Positions 1 to 11,344 are shown, counted from the first letter of the stretch. The stretch is DNA of 64,000 bases from Carpediemonas membranifera BICM (GCA_019828565.1 JAHDYR010000015.1:718986-782985); one strand, 5' to 3'. Program-made: numbers and translations. The notes: generated by a model not told the origin, from the sequence alone.

Positions 1-2182
1 ACGGTTTTCTTTGGATTTCCGGCGATAAAATCGGCCCGGCTTCACTCGGGTTTGTCACAAAGTGCACCCGGCCATAACGTGCCTTCATCACAGTACTCCA
101 CGGGGTGTAAGCGGACCGCTGTCACCGTTCTCTGAGCCGATGGATACCTTTTGTTGATCGCCGGTAGAATCGGACCGTAAACGACGAGGAATGCTTCGAT
201 ACGCCGCGCATGGATGATTTGGAAGAAGAACTGGAAGGTGAAAGACAAAAGATCAGCAGAAAATGGCAACATGCGTCCACTGGAGACATTGGAGCGTAAA
301 ATTAGCTTTAGGATACCGTTTTCGCTTCCGCCGGTGGCGTTCTTTGAGTGGCTTCTCGAGAATACCGATGCCAGCGCAATCTGCTGCTGGGTGATGATGC
401 AGAACAGCAGCTGCTATGTGCACAGATGCTCCACTTTGCTTTCGGCTCCTCTTTTGTTGGCGAGCAAAGCAAACTGGGAAGCGTATCTCAAAGTCGCATC
501 TTTGGCGCACCCGTGAAATTTTATCTCGGCATACTGGATCTCAGTGGAGGCATCGGCAAAGCTCTATCCCGACCTTAGATGAAACTGGCGACGATGTCGA
601 GTTTGTGCGTGCGACGCCACTGACTGCGCGTAGCGCGAAATGTCTTCCGGCATGCTGTGGCCGGATGTCTCAAACGATGCCCTGTGCGCGCGGCGCGGTC
701 ATACGCCAGCAGTTTCACTCTGTTTTGAGCTGCTGTTTCCATCTTGCAATCTGTCCCTCAATGTGGTTCCGGATTTATGCGGGACTCTTTGGAGTCCCGA
801 AGTTAGTACTCAGTGAAAACAGCATGATGGCGCACTGTCTTGTCGAAAGCAGACTGTACCTTTGACTCAGACTGGCTGTATGTTCCCATTCACGAGCAGG
901 GACACACTCTTGATGTTTGCATATGTAAGAGATAGTAAAGATCGGATTTAGTCTCGCGGTCAATCTCACGTGGCCCAGAGCAGCGTGCTCCTGGAATCAA
1001 CAGGCGTAAACACGTTTGTTAAAGAATGTCGTACGCCTGGTGCATCAGTCCCCGGACCGAGCTCAAGTTTCTCCCATCCGGAGCTGAGTGCTCCGGGGCA
1101 CGGCCGCCACCCTCCACTGAGCTGTCAGCTGCGCTCAGCTTGGGCTTTGGTGCTACTGTCACTGCTTAGTCCCGATTCCAATCGCCCCAGAGGCCCTTCG
1201 GCCTTCTCCGTGCATCTCTGCTTTCCTGCCTCCCTGGGAGTCCGCAGCACCTTGTCCAGAGTCTCTGACTCGTACCCTGAGCCGCGACAGGTGCAGGTTT
1301 CTGTCTCCAGTGCGCTCAGCCATGCGCTTTCTGCTTCTGCTGTCTCTGCAATGTCAGCCGTTCAACTACGGCACTTTCTAGTTGCTTTCCTCTGCTGCTC
1401 TGCGCCTCTGCGGCTCCAGCAGCGCGACCAACCCCGGAAAGGGCGTGAGGCTCGCCGCAGGGCATAAAACACCCTGCGTATTCCGGTAGCACACCGTTCT
1501 GACTCATACGTCCGTCTCTGGTTGTCGGCTAAGCAGGTCTATTTTTACGTGTTTGGCGATGGCGCTCCCTTAAATCTGCTTTTGAACGGCGTGTCGTGGC
1601 TGTCAGTATGCTGCAAATGTCGCAGCGAGAAAGGAGTCACCAATCGCGTTCAGCTTTCTTGTTTCTCGCCTGATAAGGCTCGTAATATCGTTCAATCGTG
1701 AATCTATGAAGTAATGGGACTGAATGGCCTCTATTGCGTCAATTTCTTGCGTAATGGTTGTTGAATGGCCTAGAATAGATGTTGCAGCTGCTTCCAGCTC
1801 CTGTTGCATGCTAAATGCTGTGTTTTGGACAATTGGTCGTGTTCAGGCAGATTTTTTTCGTGCAAAGTGCAGGCTAATACGCGCCCTTAAACTGTGGGAT
1901 CAGCCGCTGGGTAAATATACTGAGAAAAAACCATATAGCTGAGTTCACTGTCTTGTGCTGAATACGGTGGTGCCATTCATTTGCCTGAATCGTCAAGTTT
2001 TGTCAGCGTTGACCGCGCAAGACCATTCGTCCTTACGCGATGTCACCAACACCATCATATTCTTCCCCCTGATATTCTACGTGTCCCCCAGTCTGGATTC
2101 GTGGTCTGCAATATTCACAGAGATATTCGCCTTCTCTTTCGCGAATTTGACTCTGATCAAGTCGAAAAACGAAAAAACGACC

Positions 2183-2300
2183 ATATCTCGAAATCTACAC
2201 GTTGGAATCGGTACCAGAGTGATTTTGCGCATATGTACATCCCGTCAGCAGTCTGCAAAATCACTCTCATACCGATTCCAACGTGTCAATTTTGAGATAT
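2183..2300. repeat. 46-bp imperfect inverted repeat (hairpin, MITE-like)
   Basis: Arm 2183-2228 ATATCTCGAAATCTACACGTTGGAATCGGTACCAGAGTGATTTTGC matches the reverse complement of 2255-2300 at 41/46; 26-bp spacer. Confidence 0.8.
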
Positions 2301-2477
2301 TGCTCGTTTCATCCTTTTGCCTTAACCTGCGTCGCAAAGAAGTCGAAATCAGTGCTTAGACCGCACTGGACCTCTTTACAGGCTCTCTGCATACGCGCTT
2401 TAGTATGCAATGAAGGTATTCATTTTCCCGTAAATTGTTTAAATTCAATGAATACTTCATTTTCGGTCCGGAAGAAA

Positions 2478-2534
2478 TAGATAATCTAGGTTTTTTAGGC
2501 CCTAGATTATCTAGAAAAAATCGTAGATTATCTA
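2478..2534. repeat. Three copies of quasi-palindromic TAGATWATCTA next to the truncation point of YR-A
   Basis: TAGATAATCTAGG (2478-2490), CCTAGATTATCTA (2501-2513), TAGATTATCTA (2524-2534). Confidence 0.6.
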
Positions 2535-3350
2535 CCGACTTTCACAGTATGTGAGGGAACCAACTTCAGCGTCGCTTCATCCCTTGTCTTTGTGTGTCGT
2601 ATCGTAATCTCCAGCGCGCCGTCTGCTCCGCCGTGCCTCACATCCTCTGTCTTGAGTGCCCGGATCTCGCCTGCTCGCGACACTGTCGCAAACGTCACCA
2701 GGCCAAAGGCAATTGCCTGAGTGAGGGGCGGGGTCGCGTGTGCCCCGGCTGACCTAGCCGCAGCCTCCAGCGTCTCACGCCTGATTGGCCAAGCCTTCCC
2801 AGTCTTACGTCCGGGCGTTAGCTCGCATCGGCCTGCTAGCCTCGCACCTGCCCTGGTCAGGGCCCGATGCAACCTTGTCGTCTCAGCGCTCTCGCCCAGT
2901 GCCTCCAGTCCCATCCTGATGTTCGCCTCCTTCGTGATGAATGTGTCTCTGGCGACGAAGGGGATTTCGGAAAATAGATACAACATCAGTGTGTCTGCCG
3001 GCTCAATGGCGTCAAGGAGCTCGGCGAACTCGTGCAACCACTCGCGGTATGTGAGTTCCTGCCTTGCTCGGTCCAGCGTCGCCTGTGCCGTGTCCCCTGG
3101 CCGTCGGGGCAGGGTCGTCCTGAGGTAAGTCACAGTCAGAGTCACAGTCGGGGTCATGCCGGACTGATGATCGGAAAAACGTGAATTTGGCTGTCTCTGC
3201 GGCGATGCGCTGCCTGGTAGATACTTCCTTGTCCATGAGGAGGGGGTTATTCGTGAGCTGGGCCTCTATTTGACTACTCTTGACTCTTGGCTCGCGTGTC
3301 CATTGACACGAGAGGTGGCCTCTCTCTGGGGTCTGACCTGCGGCTCGCAT
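2528..3350 (-). pseudogene. YR-A tyrosine recombinase, frameshifted and C-terminally truncated
   Basis: ORF 2528..3157 has FATVSRAGEI (catalytic R) and IRHTKT (K); HxxR and Y motifs are lost after LKLVP. Start approximate. Confidence 0.75.
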
Positions 3351-3462
3351 GGCCCTGTGTCTTGCCATCACCCATGGGGCGGACAAAGCTGTGCCAATGT
3401 CGACCTCACCGGCACCCAGTAAGCCACGAAAGGGATACGATCCTTCCCGGCGAACAAGTTCT

Positions 3463-5376
3463 CTATCTCTGTGCCGGTCCACCAGTGTGCCGGCAGTGTG
3501 ACTTCGATTTTTGTCCTGGGACATCCGGTTCAGGTCCAGGTCCACGTTGGTGCCTCTCTGCGGTGCGATTACTACCACTCCCCTGGGCTGCTGGGCTGGG
3601 GTGACCTCTGACTGTTGCCATATCTCTCTCAATCTGGCGGTCACGCGGGGTAAGAGCGCAACTGGTGGGACTGCGATTGACCTGCACTCGGTCCAGTCCG
3701 CCGTGAAGGCGTCTTCTACATAGCCCAAGTCCTCTGGCAGGAAAGTTCGTGTTGCGAACAGCGATCTGTCGGTTGTGCCCCACTGCTCTGCTGCCCTCGC
3801 CGCTAGTGATGCCGGCATCGCCCAGTCGAGCTTTTTGAATCTCGAGAGGTCGTCCGCTGTGGTGTTGAGCAGACCCGGGACGTGCTTTGTTCGCACCCTC
3901 GCCCCGATCGCGTGTAAGAAGTCGTGGAGCTCCTTCACCTCTCGTCGCATGTGGGCCGGTGCCTTCGTACTGCTCTTCCCGATCCAGGCCAGTGCTGACG
4001 TGTTGTCGCCGACTAATAAGACGTCCCTGCCGGCTATCCTCCGCTCCCAGCGGCGCAGCGCTATGTCCATGGCCTTCGCCTCCTTGCAGTTGATTGACTT
4101 GCCTACGAATGTCTGGTCGAACGTGTCCTGAAACGAGTCGGTCCCGAACTCTGTCCAGATGGCGCCGCCGTAAGCATGGTCGCTCGCGTCCGTCTCGATC
4201 CGAATCTCTCTCCCGTTCGTGAGAAAGCACCAGTGCGGGTCTCTCCTCAGTGTTCTCGCCCACCACCGCAGGTCTGTCCTCGCTTCCTGTGGGATGTCCT
4301 TCTTCGTGCCCCGTAACTTTCCTGCGAGTGAGGCCGCCGCACATTGAAGCTCGCGTAGCCTGGGCAGGGCCCGAGCTCCCACGGCGAACCGTGCGAACAG
4401 CAGCTTCCCCGATGAGGGCTTGGAGGTCCTTGACTAGGAACCGTCTCTCCTTCTGCAGTCTGTCGATCAAGCTGATCATGTCTGTGGCCTTTCTCTCTGT
4501 CAGGTACATGCATCCCTCTGCTGAGTTGATCACCACCCCGAGGTACTCGAGCTCCTGCGTTGGCACAGCAACAGACTTCTCCTGCGAGATTACCATGCCG
4601 AGTCTTCTCATCAGCGCGAGTATGCCTGGCATCTTCTCCGCGAGTGATGCGCGTGAGTGGTCTGCGAACAGCAGGTCGTCTAGGTATACGAACACCTGCA
4701 CGCCAAACTCTCTTCGAATAATCTTTGCCGCCTGGGCGGTGACCCTCTGGAATGCCTCTGGTGCTGTGTTGAGGCCGAAGGGCAGGGCTCTCCACCGATA
4801 TGTTGTTCCTTCGTGGGTAATCCCCAGGTACTCCTTGGCCTCCTCCGCCATGAGCACCTGGTAGTAGCCGGACTTCAGGTCGACGCTCGTCAACCATGCC
4901 CCCTGTGCCAGATTGGCCGCCACCTCCATCAACCCCTTCAACCGAAACTTGCGGACCTGTTGGAAAAAGTTGACCGGCCGGAGGTCGTGTATGAGTCTCC
5001 AATCCGATGGTTTCTTCGGAATCAGGAAGACCGGGGATATGTTGCTCGCCGTTGCTACTTCTAAGGCTTGAATGTTCACTAGCTCCTTCAGCATCTCGCT
5101 TATTGGGCCTTCCCTCCCGTTCGCTCTCGGGGTGCTGGGCGTTGCCGGGGCTACCTTCACCCCGTCTCTCAGTGTGCTCACGACCTCCTTGCTGGCCCCC
5201 AAGGCCTCCCACTCCCTCCAGGCGCGGCTCATCGAGCCCACCACCTGTGCCCGGGACACCGGGCAAGAGTCGGGCGGGGCGTCGTACGACTTGCGTGACT
5301 GCGCAGCTTTGATCGGTTGCTTGTCTGTTGATGTCTCTTGCTCTTGTACTTGCTTTCTTGCTTCTTCTCGTCTCAT
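3463..5376 (-). CDS. YR-A RT / RNase H / methyltransferase-like polyprotein (frameshift near 4410)
   Basis: RLIHDLR, DLKSGYYQ, LPFGL, VYLDD; then ETDASDHAYG, INCKE, GDNTSA, HVPGLLNTTADDLSR and DAFTADW..IAVPP in ORF 3012..4382. Confidence 0.85.
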   Translation of the reverse strand: MRREEARKQVQEQETSTDKQPIKAAQSRKSYDAPPDSCPVSRAQVVGSMSRAWREWEALGASKEVVSTLRDGVKVAPATPSTPRANGREGPISEMLKELVNIQALEVATASNISPVFLIPKKPSDWRLIHDLRPVNFFQQVRKFRLKGLMEVAANLAQGAWLTSVDLKSGYYQVLMAEEAKEYLGITHEGTTYRWRALPFGLNTAPEAFQRVTAQAAKIIRREFGVQVFVYLDDLLFADHSRASLAEKMPGILALMRRLGMVISQEKSVAVPTQELEYLGVVINSAEGCMYLTERKATDMISLIDRLQKERRFLVKDLQALIGEAAVRTVRRGSSGPAQATRASMCGGLTRRKVTGHEEGHPTGSEDRPAVVGENTEERPALVLSHERERDSDRDGRERPCLRRRHLDRVRDRLVSGHVRPDIRRQVNQLQGGEGHGHSAAPLGAEDSRQGRLISRRQHVSTGLDREEQYEGTGPHATRGEGAPRLLTRDRGEGANKARPGSAQHHSGRPLEIQKARLGDAGITSGEGSRAVGHNRQIAVRNTNFPARGLGLCRRRLHGGLDRVQVNRSPTSCALTPRDRQIERDMATVRGHPSPAAQGSGSNRTAERHQRGPGPEPDVPGQKSKSHCRHTGGPAQR

Positions 5377-5442
5377 AGTGCTCGTAAACGTAGATACTGC
5401 CTTTTATTGTCTTCGAGGTGGGCATAACCTCTTCTTGGCCGC

Positions 5443-5731
5443 TTATTGCTGCCCCGGGGCCGCATTGCGGTTGCCCGAGGCGTTCGAAGCTGTGAAGTGG
5501 CGCTGTGGGGAGCGCTGGAAGTACCTGTTGCGCGAGAAAGGCTTACGGATCTGCTGGCGATGGCGGAAGCTCTGGGGCGGAGCGGCTTTCTTCGCTTTCG
5601 CGGCTAGCTTGATGAATTCTCGCGGGTTGTTCTCGGTTGCAGCTGTAACTTGGAAGTAGCGTGCGGCGTCCTCCCCGGCGTCGTCGAGGACACGGAGGAA
5701 CTCAAGGCGGCGCTCGATAATGATGTTCACT
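5443..5731 (-). pseudogene. YR-A gag-like ORF, C-terminal part
   Basis: Continues ORF 10088-10342 across the CACT TSD (…IATKV|NIIIERRLEFLRVLDD…). Confidence 0.65.
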
Positions 5732-8700
5732 TGTCGGTTGAAATCATTTACAGTAAACCGCAGCGGGGTAAAAGTGGTCAAAACTGGACGGAGCAGTTTA
5801 TAGACCGGTGACACTACCTCCCTTTTTGATGAGAAAACCCCCAACCTGCAAGGAACGGGGGAAAAAGATGGTTAGTAGAGTTTCAGGTTCTTCCTCGCCT
5901 TACGGGCCAACCTCTTCATCTCCTCGAGGTGTTTCACTCCCGAGAGTGGTTCTTCCGTTATGTTTTCGAATCCTACCCACTTGATGGCGGCTGTCCCTTC
6001 TTTCCAGTCTACCGATACTACTCGCTCTACCTCCCATTTTTTCTGGTCGAAGCTTGCAAGTTGAAGCATCATCGTGTCCGTTACGGCATCCGTGTCGAAC
6101 ATCATGAGTTTTTCAATGTGGGTTGATCTGGTCGATCCGTCGAGTATCGACTGCAGGACTATTCTGTTATTATCAAGTACATCGTGTACCTTCCATGGGC
6201 CCCTGTTGCGCGCGTCTAGCTTCTGAGGGGCCTCATCTTTCCAGAGGACGTAGTCACCCGGCTTCAGTTCGGTGTTGACTATTGTCTTTTGGCCCGGGCC
6301 CACACTCTCTCTGGCAGTGGTCTCCAGGGCGTTAAGGGCCAGCTCCAGGTCCTTTTTGAACTCTGGGAAATCTCTGATCGGAGAGTTGTTGTCGTTCGTC
6401 CACCAGCTTGTAAACATGTTGTGCTCATGGCCAAATATCAGCTCGTGCGGGGAGAACTTCGTGGCCGTATGTGTCGTGCCGTTGATAATCATCTGGACCG
6501 TCGGTAGGAGTCCGCACCACTGGTCTTTGTAGGCTATTGCCAGGACAAGCCACCGTAGGTGTCTTCCAATCTCCGCATTCCTTCTCTCCACGAGACCATT
6601 GCTCTGTGGATGAAACGGGATGGTGAAGTGGTGTGCGACTTTCAATGACGTTGTGAGTTGTTCAACTATCGAGTTCGCGTACTCCGGGCCGCCGTCGGAC
6701 AGAATCTCCGCCGGTATCCCGTGTCGCGTGAAAACGTGGTCCCATAGGGCCCTGGCGGAGGTCTCGGCGTCGATCGATGCGACTGCGACGAGCTCGGTGT
6801 ATCTTGTAAACATGTCTACAGCCACAATGATGTAGCGAGCGCCCAGCGAATCCGTTGGGAGAGGGCCAATTGTGTCGACTGCCACTGTCTCCCATGGTCT
6901 GGTGCGTCTTGTCTGGCCCTTTTGGGCGATAAAGTAGTCCTTGATGCGAGTCTTCAGACAAATGGGGCACGTCTTGATGTGCTTTTTGACGTCCAAGAGC
7001 ATCCCCGGCCAAAATGCAGACGTGGCGAGTGCTTGGAACGTTGAATTTGCTCCCGTATGAAATTGGTGAGCGGTCCGAAGGGCCTTGTCGCGTGTCTCTC
7101 CCTTGGGGATAATCGGCACTCCGTCCTTGAAGTAGATCGAGTTTTCGATGGATACTCCCTCTAGTTTCTCCCAGCCGACTCGAGTTGACTCAGGTGCCAT
7201 GGCCTGGGCAGCCTGGATCAACTCAAGGGTCAGCCCTGGGCCGGCGTCCTCCGCCTCTAGCAGGTTCAGCTGCGGCCCGAGGTCCCCTCGGGGAAGGATA
7301 CGCGACAGCATGTCTGCCATCTTGTTTGTCTCTCCAGCAATATGCTCGATCGTAATGTTGTAGTCCGACAAGACAGACGTCCACCTGAGGAGTTTCTTGG
7401 AAAGCTCCTTCCTCTGCATGAGATATACCAGATTCTGGTGGTCGGTGCGGATCTGTATGTTGTCCTTGAGGCGGAAAAGTTGAGCCATGTCAGGTCTCGT
7501 GAGACAAAAGATGATAGCATGAAGCTCTTGTTCGTAGGTCGGCCACCTAGTCTGGGTTGGCGTATGACACTTTGCGAAGAGCGAGACGATCTCTCGGTTG
7601 CCGGAGTCGTCTTCTTGGAACAGAATGCCCCCTAGTCCGTCGTTCGACGCGTCCGTCTCGAGGGTCCACTTCTTTGAGAAGTCGGGGAAATGGAGGACTG
7701 TGTCTGAGCTGAGTCTCTCCTTGAACGTTGTAAACGCCTCTTCTTGTTTGGGGTTCCAAGTTATGTTCTTTGAGTTCTCCTGTGCCGTTAGCATCTCGTT
7801 GAGAGGTTTGAGGATTCGTGATGAGTCCGGGACGAACTGGGCGACATAGTTGAATGATCCCAGTGTCCTCTGAAGCTCCTTTGCGGTGGACGGGAGCGGT
7901 ATGGCGTTTACCGCCTCTACCTTCTCTGGGGCAAGTTGTTTCCCCTTCTCCGAGACAATATACCCGACGGCCTCGACGTGGGCTGAGCCTATCGTGCACT
8001 TCGGGCCTTTAAGGCGCAGTGAATAATGTCTACAGATCCTGAAGACGGTTTTGATCAGGGTGAGAAACTGGGCCTCGGTCTTGGCGTAAATCAAGATGTC
8101 GTCAAGATAGATGTCCACCCCTTTGTGGAGGACCTCGGCGAACGCCTTCTGCATGGCGCGTTGGAATCTCGCCGGGGCGTTCATCAGGCCGAATGGACAT
8201 CTGGTGAACTCGCAGTATGCGTCTGGAGTGACAAAAGCGGTTTTGGGGATATCTTCCTCGTGCATCCGCATCTGGTAGTAGCCTTGTCTGAGGTCTAGGC
8301 CTGCAAAGTATTTGCAGCCTGATGCTCGGTCTACAAACTCGCGCGTGTTAGGCAGGGGGAAGTTATCTCTCACTGTCTTGGAGTTTAACTCCTTGTAGTC
8401 AATGCAAAGACGGATCTTGGTCGATCCTTTGTGGCCCTGCCTGACTACTACGATCGGCGAGCTGTACGGCCCAGTCGAGTCCTGGATTATCCCGTCTCGC
8501 CTGAGTTGTTCTAGCTCTGTCGACACCAGGCCTTGGGTCACTGGGTCGAGTCTGCGAGCGCGGCATTGTACAATTGCCCGCTCGTCTATCAGTTCAATCG
8601 ACATGGGTTCCAGTCGAGACCCTTCCTTGGGTAGTTCTTCCTCGAAGATATCGTCAAATGAGTTGATTATCTCGAGAATCTCGGGTCGGATCTTCGACTC

Positions 8701-10087
8701 CGGGACGTGGACACCACAGTAGTCGTCGGTTATCGCCATGTTTGCGTCCTCCGTGAGATATTCATGGTAGAACGGCAGCCAGTCCTCGTCCTCCTCAATT
8801 GAGGAGAGCTTGTGCAGGTTAAGGTTGAGTGTGCCATCGCCAATGAGTGCGAGTGACCTCAGCAAGTCACACCCGATGAGAGCCTTGAAGAACTCACCGG
8901 GGAGTACGTAGTACTTCCATGTAACCTCCAACGGTGTGACACCTAGTGCTGGGAATGCTGCCTTAAATGTGACTGCTTGATCTGTCACGAGGGAGCGTCC
9001 GTCTCCTAGCGTGACCTTGATCTTTTCCTCGAGAGAGGTCTGCACTGTGTCCTTGGGTAGGGTACGTAGTGCCTTCGAACTAATGAAGCTTCGGCTTGCA
9101 CCAGTGTCTACAACGAACGAGTAAGTTTTGCCTTTTACAGTAGCGGGGGTCGTCAGTGGACCCTTCCCGCCCTTCTCGTTAGTCGACGCGCTGTCGGCGT
9201 TGTTGTTCTCGCTGTAGCGGGGGTGCTTATCGCATCTGAAGTCCATGTGGGGACCGCCACAGAAACGACAGGGGCGCGACGGCTTCTTGGGTCCGTCGGC
9301 CGGCGGGCGCTTGGCCGCGTCCGGGCGGTACTGGGCCTTCCTGGCCTGGGCCGGGGCCTTGGGTCCGCCGGCCGGGGTTTGCGAGAGGGGTTGATCATGG
9401 TCATACGCCCTAGCAGCCCTAAGAGCCACCGCTACGGTGTCCTCGAAGGTCTTGACGTTGTGGAGAGCAAGCAAGGTCTGTGCCTTCTTGCGGAATGCTG
9501 TCGGGTTCAGGGACTCCCGGAAGAGCCGTGCAGCCAGCTTATCAAAGCTTGCGAGCAGTTCGTCGGCATTGGGGTTGTCGTCGATGGGGTCCAAGAACCC
9601 TTCTGGGTCTGGCGTCTTGGAGTAGAGCTCGATGCGCTTGCGGAATGCTGCCGCTTGTAGTCTCGTGCCAGCTTCGAAGTTGCGTGCGGTGCTCGGCACC
9701 ATGGGGAAACGAAGGTCTTGGAGCTCTTCGACGAGTGCTAGGATGGAGTGGGGAAGGAGCCGCTGGCGACACCATTCGGTGAAGTTCTTGAGAGTGTAGT
9801 TCTTGTCGGATGTGTCTATGCCTTCGGCCTTGAGTTCGAGGGCAAATGACTCCTCAATGAGGACGGACAGTGGGATGCTTGGGTTTTGTATAGTAAAAAT
9901 CGTTGCTCGGCGCTCAAACTCCTCAAGAGTCTCTAGTGTTAGATTTGAAGGAGAAAGCTCAGGAATTTGAACAGTTAACGACATCAGCACAGCTAATACT
10001 AGTATTGTCGGTTGAAATCATTTACAGTAAACCGCAGCGGGGTAAAAGTGGTCAAAACTGGACGGAGCGGTTTATAGACCGGTGACA
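5732..10087 (-). mobile_element. G1: full-length chromodomain Ty3/Gypsy element with 82-bp LTRs
   Basis: LTRs 5732-5813 and 10006-10087 (TG..CA, 1 mismatch), TSD CACT, PPT AAAAAGGGAGGTAG before the 3' LTR. Confidence 0.95.
5872..9990 (-). CDS. G1 intact gag-pol (Zn knuckle, PR, RT, RH, IN, chromodomain)
   Basis: CRFCGGPHMDFRC, VDTGA, YLDD, ETDAS, HHCC, DTIGP/SDGG/NGLVE, WEVERVV..KWVGF; single 1372-aa ORF. Confidence 0.95.
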   Translation of the reverse strand: MLMSLTVQIPELSPSNLTLETLEEFERRATIFTIQNPSIPLSVLIEESFALELKAEGIDTSDKNYTLKNFTEWCRQRLLPHSILALVEELQDLRFPMVPSTARNFEAGTRLQAAAFRKRIELYSKTPDPEGFLDPIDDNPNADELLASFDKLAARLFRESLNPTAFRKKAQTLLALHNVKTFEDTVAVALRAARAYDHDQPLSQTPAGGPKAPAQARKAQYRPDAAKRPPADGPKKPSRPCRFCGGPHMDFRCDKHPRYSENNNADSASTNEKGGKGPLTTPATVKGKTYSFVVDTGASRSFISSKALRTLPKDTVQTSLEEKIKVTLGDGRSLVTDQAVTFKAAFPALGVTPLEVTWKYYVLPGEFFKALIGCDLLRSLALIGDGTLNLNLHKLSSIEEDEDWLPFYHEYLTEDANMAITDDYCGVHVPESKIRPEILEIINSFDDIFEEELPKEGSRLEPMSIELIDERAIVQCRARRLDPVTQGLVSTELEQLRRDGIIQDSTGPYSSPIVVVRQGHKGSTKIRLCIDYKELNSKTVRDNFPLPNTREFVDRASGCKYFAGLDLRQGYYQMRMHEEDIPKTAFVTPDAYCEFTRCPFGLMNAPARFQRAMQKAFAEVLHKGVDIYLDDILIYAKTEAQFLTLIKTVFRICRHYSLRLKGPKCTIGSAHVEAVGYIVSEKGKQLAPEKVEAVNAIPLPSTAKELQRTLGSFNYVAQFVPDSSRILKPLNEMLTAQENSKNITWNPKQEEAFTTFKERLSSDTVLHFPDFSKKWTLETDASNDGLGGILFQEDDSGNREIVSLFAKCHTPTQTRWPTYEQELHAIIFCLTRPDMAQLFRLKDNIQIRTDHQNLVYLMQRKELSKKLLRWTSVLSDYNITIEHIAGETNKMADMLSRILPRGDLGPQLNLLEAEDAGPGLTLELIQAAQAMAPESTRVGWEKLEGVSIENSIYFKDGVPIIPKGETRDKALRTAHQFHTGANSTFQALATSAFWPGMLLDVKKHIKTCPICLKTRIKDYFIAQKGQTRRTRPWETVAVDTIGPLPTDSLGARYIIVAVDMFTRYTELVAVASIDAETSARALWDHVFTRHGIPAEILSDGGPEYANSIVEQLTTSLKVAHHFTIPFHPQSNGLVERRNAEIGRHLRWLVLAIAYKDQWCGLLPTVQMIINGTTHTATKFSPHELIFGHEHNMFTSWWTNDNNSPIRDFPEFKKDLELALNALETTARESVGPGQKTIVNTELKPGDYVLWKDEAPQKLDARNRGPWKVHDVLDNNRIVLQSILDGSTRSTHIEKLMMFDTDAVTDTMMLQLASFDQKKWEVERVVSVDWKEGTAAIKWVGFENITEEPLSGVKHLEEMKRLARKARKNLKLY

Positions 10088-10342
10088 CACTTTGGTTGCT
10101 ATGGTCTCAATAGACGTGGTTGCGGGGTCAGCAAGAACGGTCTTGATCTCGGCGTGAATAGCACGCAGGTGCGAGAATTCCTTTGTGACGGCCGGGATCT
10201 TAGAAGGCTTTCGAGTGTCCTCGGCATTGGTCCGAACGTCCTCAACAGACTCAACAAGGCTTGCAATTGTCTCAGCCTGAGTCTTGACGAGCTCCTCGAG
10301 TTGGAGGAGCTTATTGGCTGCGTCTTGCTCGTCGTCAGCCAT
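10088..10342 (-). pseudogene. YR-A gag-like ORF, N-terminal coiled-coil part
   Basis: MADDEQDAANKLLQLEELVK…, cut by the G1 LTR. Confidence 0.65.
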
Positions 10343-10872
10343 TTCCAGGGATGTGCCGAACAGGGGAGGTTTTCCCCCTTGGTTAAATTGGCTTAAACGT
10401 CCCAGGTCACCAGCCGAATATTTTCCACGAATCTAGAAGATTCTCCCGAATCTTTTGGGTTTGGGTCCGGGTGATCGGCACCCCACTCGGACCCTTGTGG
10501 ACCGCGCCCCAAGGCGCACTGTGTCTACGTCTACGACGGTACGCAGTCTGACAAGCAGACATTGGGTATGTCGAATGTGAACCCATGTGAACCCATGGGG
10601 GGAGAAATATTTACGCTATTCTTGTCTGTGTAAGCGGAAATATTTCGCGTCGGTGACCGTACCACCGGTCAACCGACTCACGCCTCGCGGCGGATAAAGG
10701 TGGCCACCCCGCAGTGGCAAGAGGTGCCCCTCGGCTGCGGGTTCCATGGCCTCATTGCCTAGCCCACTTTGGCTTCGGCTCTTCCCTCAACGTCCTGTTA
10801 ACTCGCCGGACCTGAGTACGTCTCGCGTTATTGCTCCTTTTGTTTCGTTTCCACTGAGCTTTGTGGAAAGTC

Positions 10873-10945
10873 TGACCCCAACTGGAATCGAACCCGCGAC
10901 CTCCGACAACAGAAGCCGGGGATCAGTCGACTCTGCTATCGGTGG
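10873..10945 (-). ncRNA. tRNA-like Pol III cassette inside YR-B (between A2 and B2)
   Basis: TAGCAGAGTCG A-box-like, CCGGC-7nt-GTCGG anticodon-type stem, GGTTCGATTCC B-box; acceptor stem does not pair. Confidence 0.6.
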
Positions 10946-11344
10946 AGCGAGGGAAACAAATTCAGTCTCTCCTGTCTCGAGCTACCAGATTCGAATCGCG
11001 GTTCGGTGCCATCTCTAAAGCTTATTCCTTTGCCCTTCGTCCGAACTGACTTGCTCGGAGTTGATCTCGATCCTCTTCGCAGAATCAGATCAGCAAATCG
11101 AACCGTATCCGGCGCAGGACCCCTACGTCCTATTGAAGGCGTGCCCCGCCAGTCTGACAAGCAGACATTGGCTATGTCGAATGTGAACCCATGGGGAATC
11201 CCGGTCGCCAACAACATAACTCTCTCAAAATTTATCGCGACCACACTTGGTCCACGCGATAGGGCCCGGCCGAGGGCGAGGTAGCCTCCCCAGACCACCC
11301 GCCCCGGCAGATGGGCCCCTTGCTGCTCTCTTGCAGTCTCTCTT

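Larger units (their letters stand above)
2558..10543 (-). mobile_element. YR-A: DIRS-order (PAT-like) tyrosine-recombinase retrotransposon, 3'-truncated, gag interrupted by G1
   Basis: Order on minus strand: gag-like, RT (YLDD), RNase H (ETDAS), MT-like, YR. Outer boundaries approximate. Confidence 0.8.

Noticed and set aside
1-2150. Short ORFs in the first 2 kb (e.g. 214..516, 970..1467, 1603..1809)
   Set aside because: No recognisable motifs and stops in all frames; possibly decayed coding sequence, but no call can be supported.
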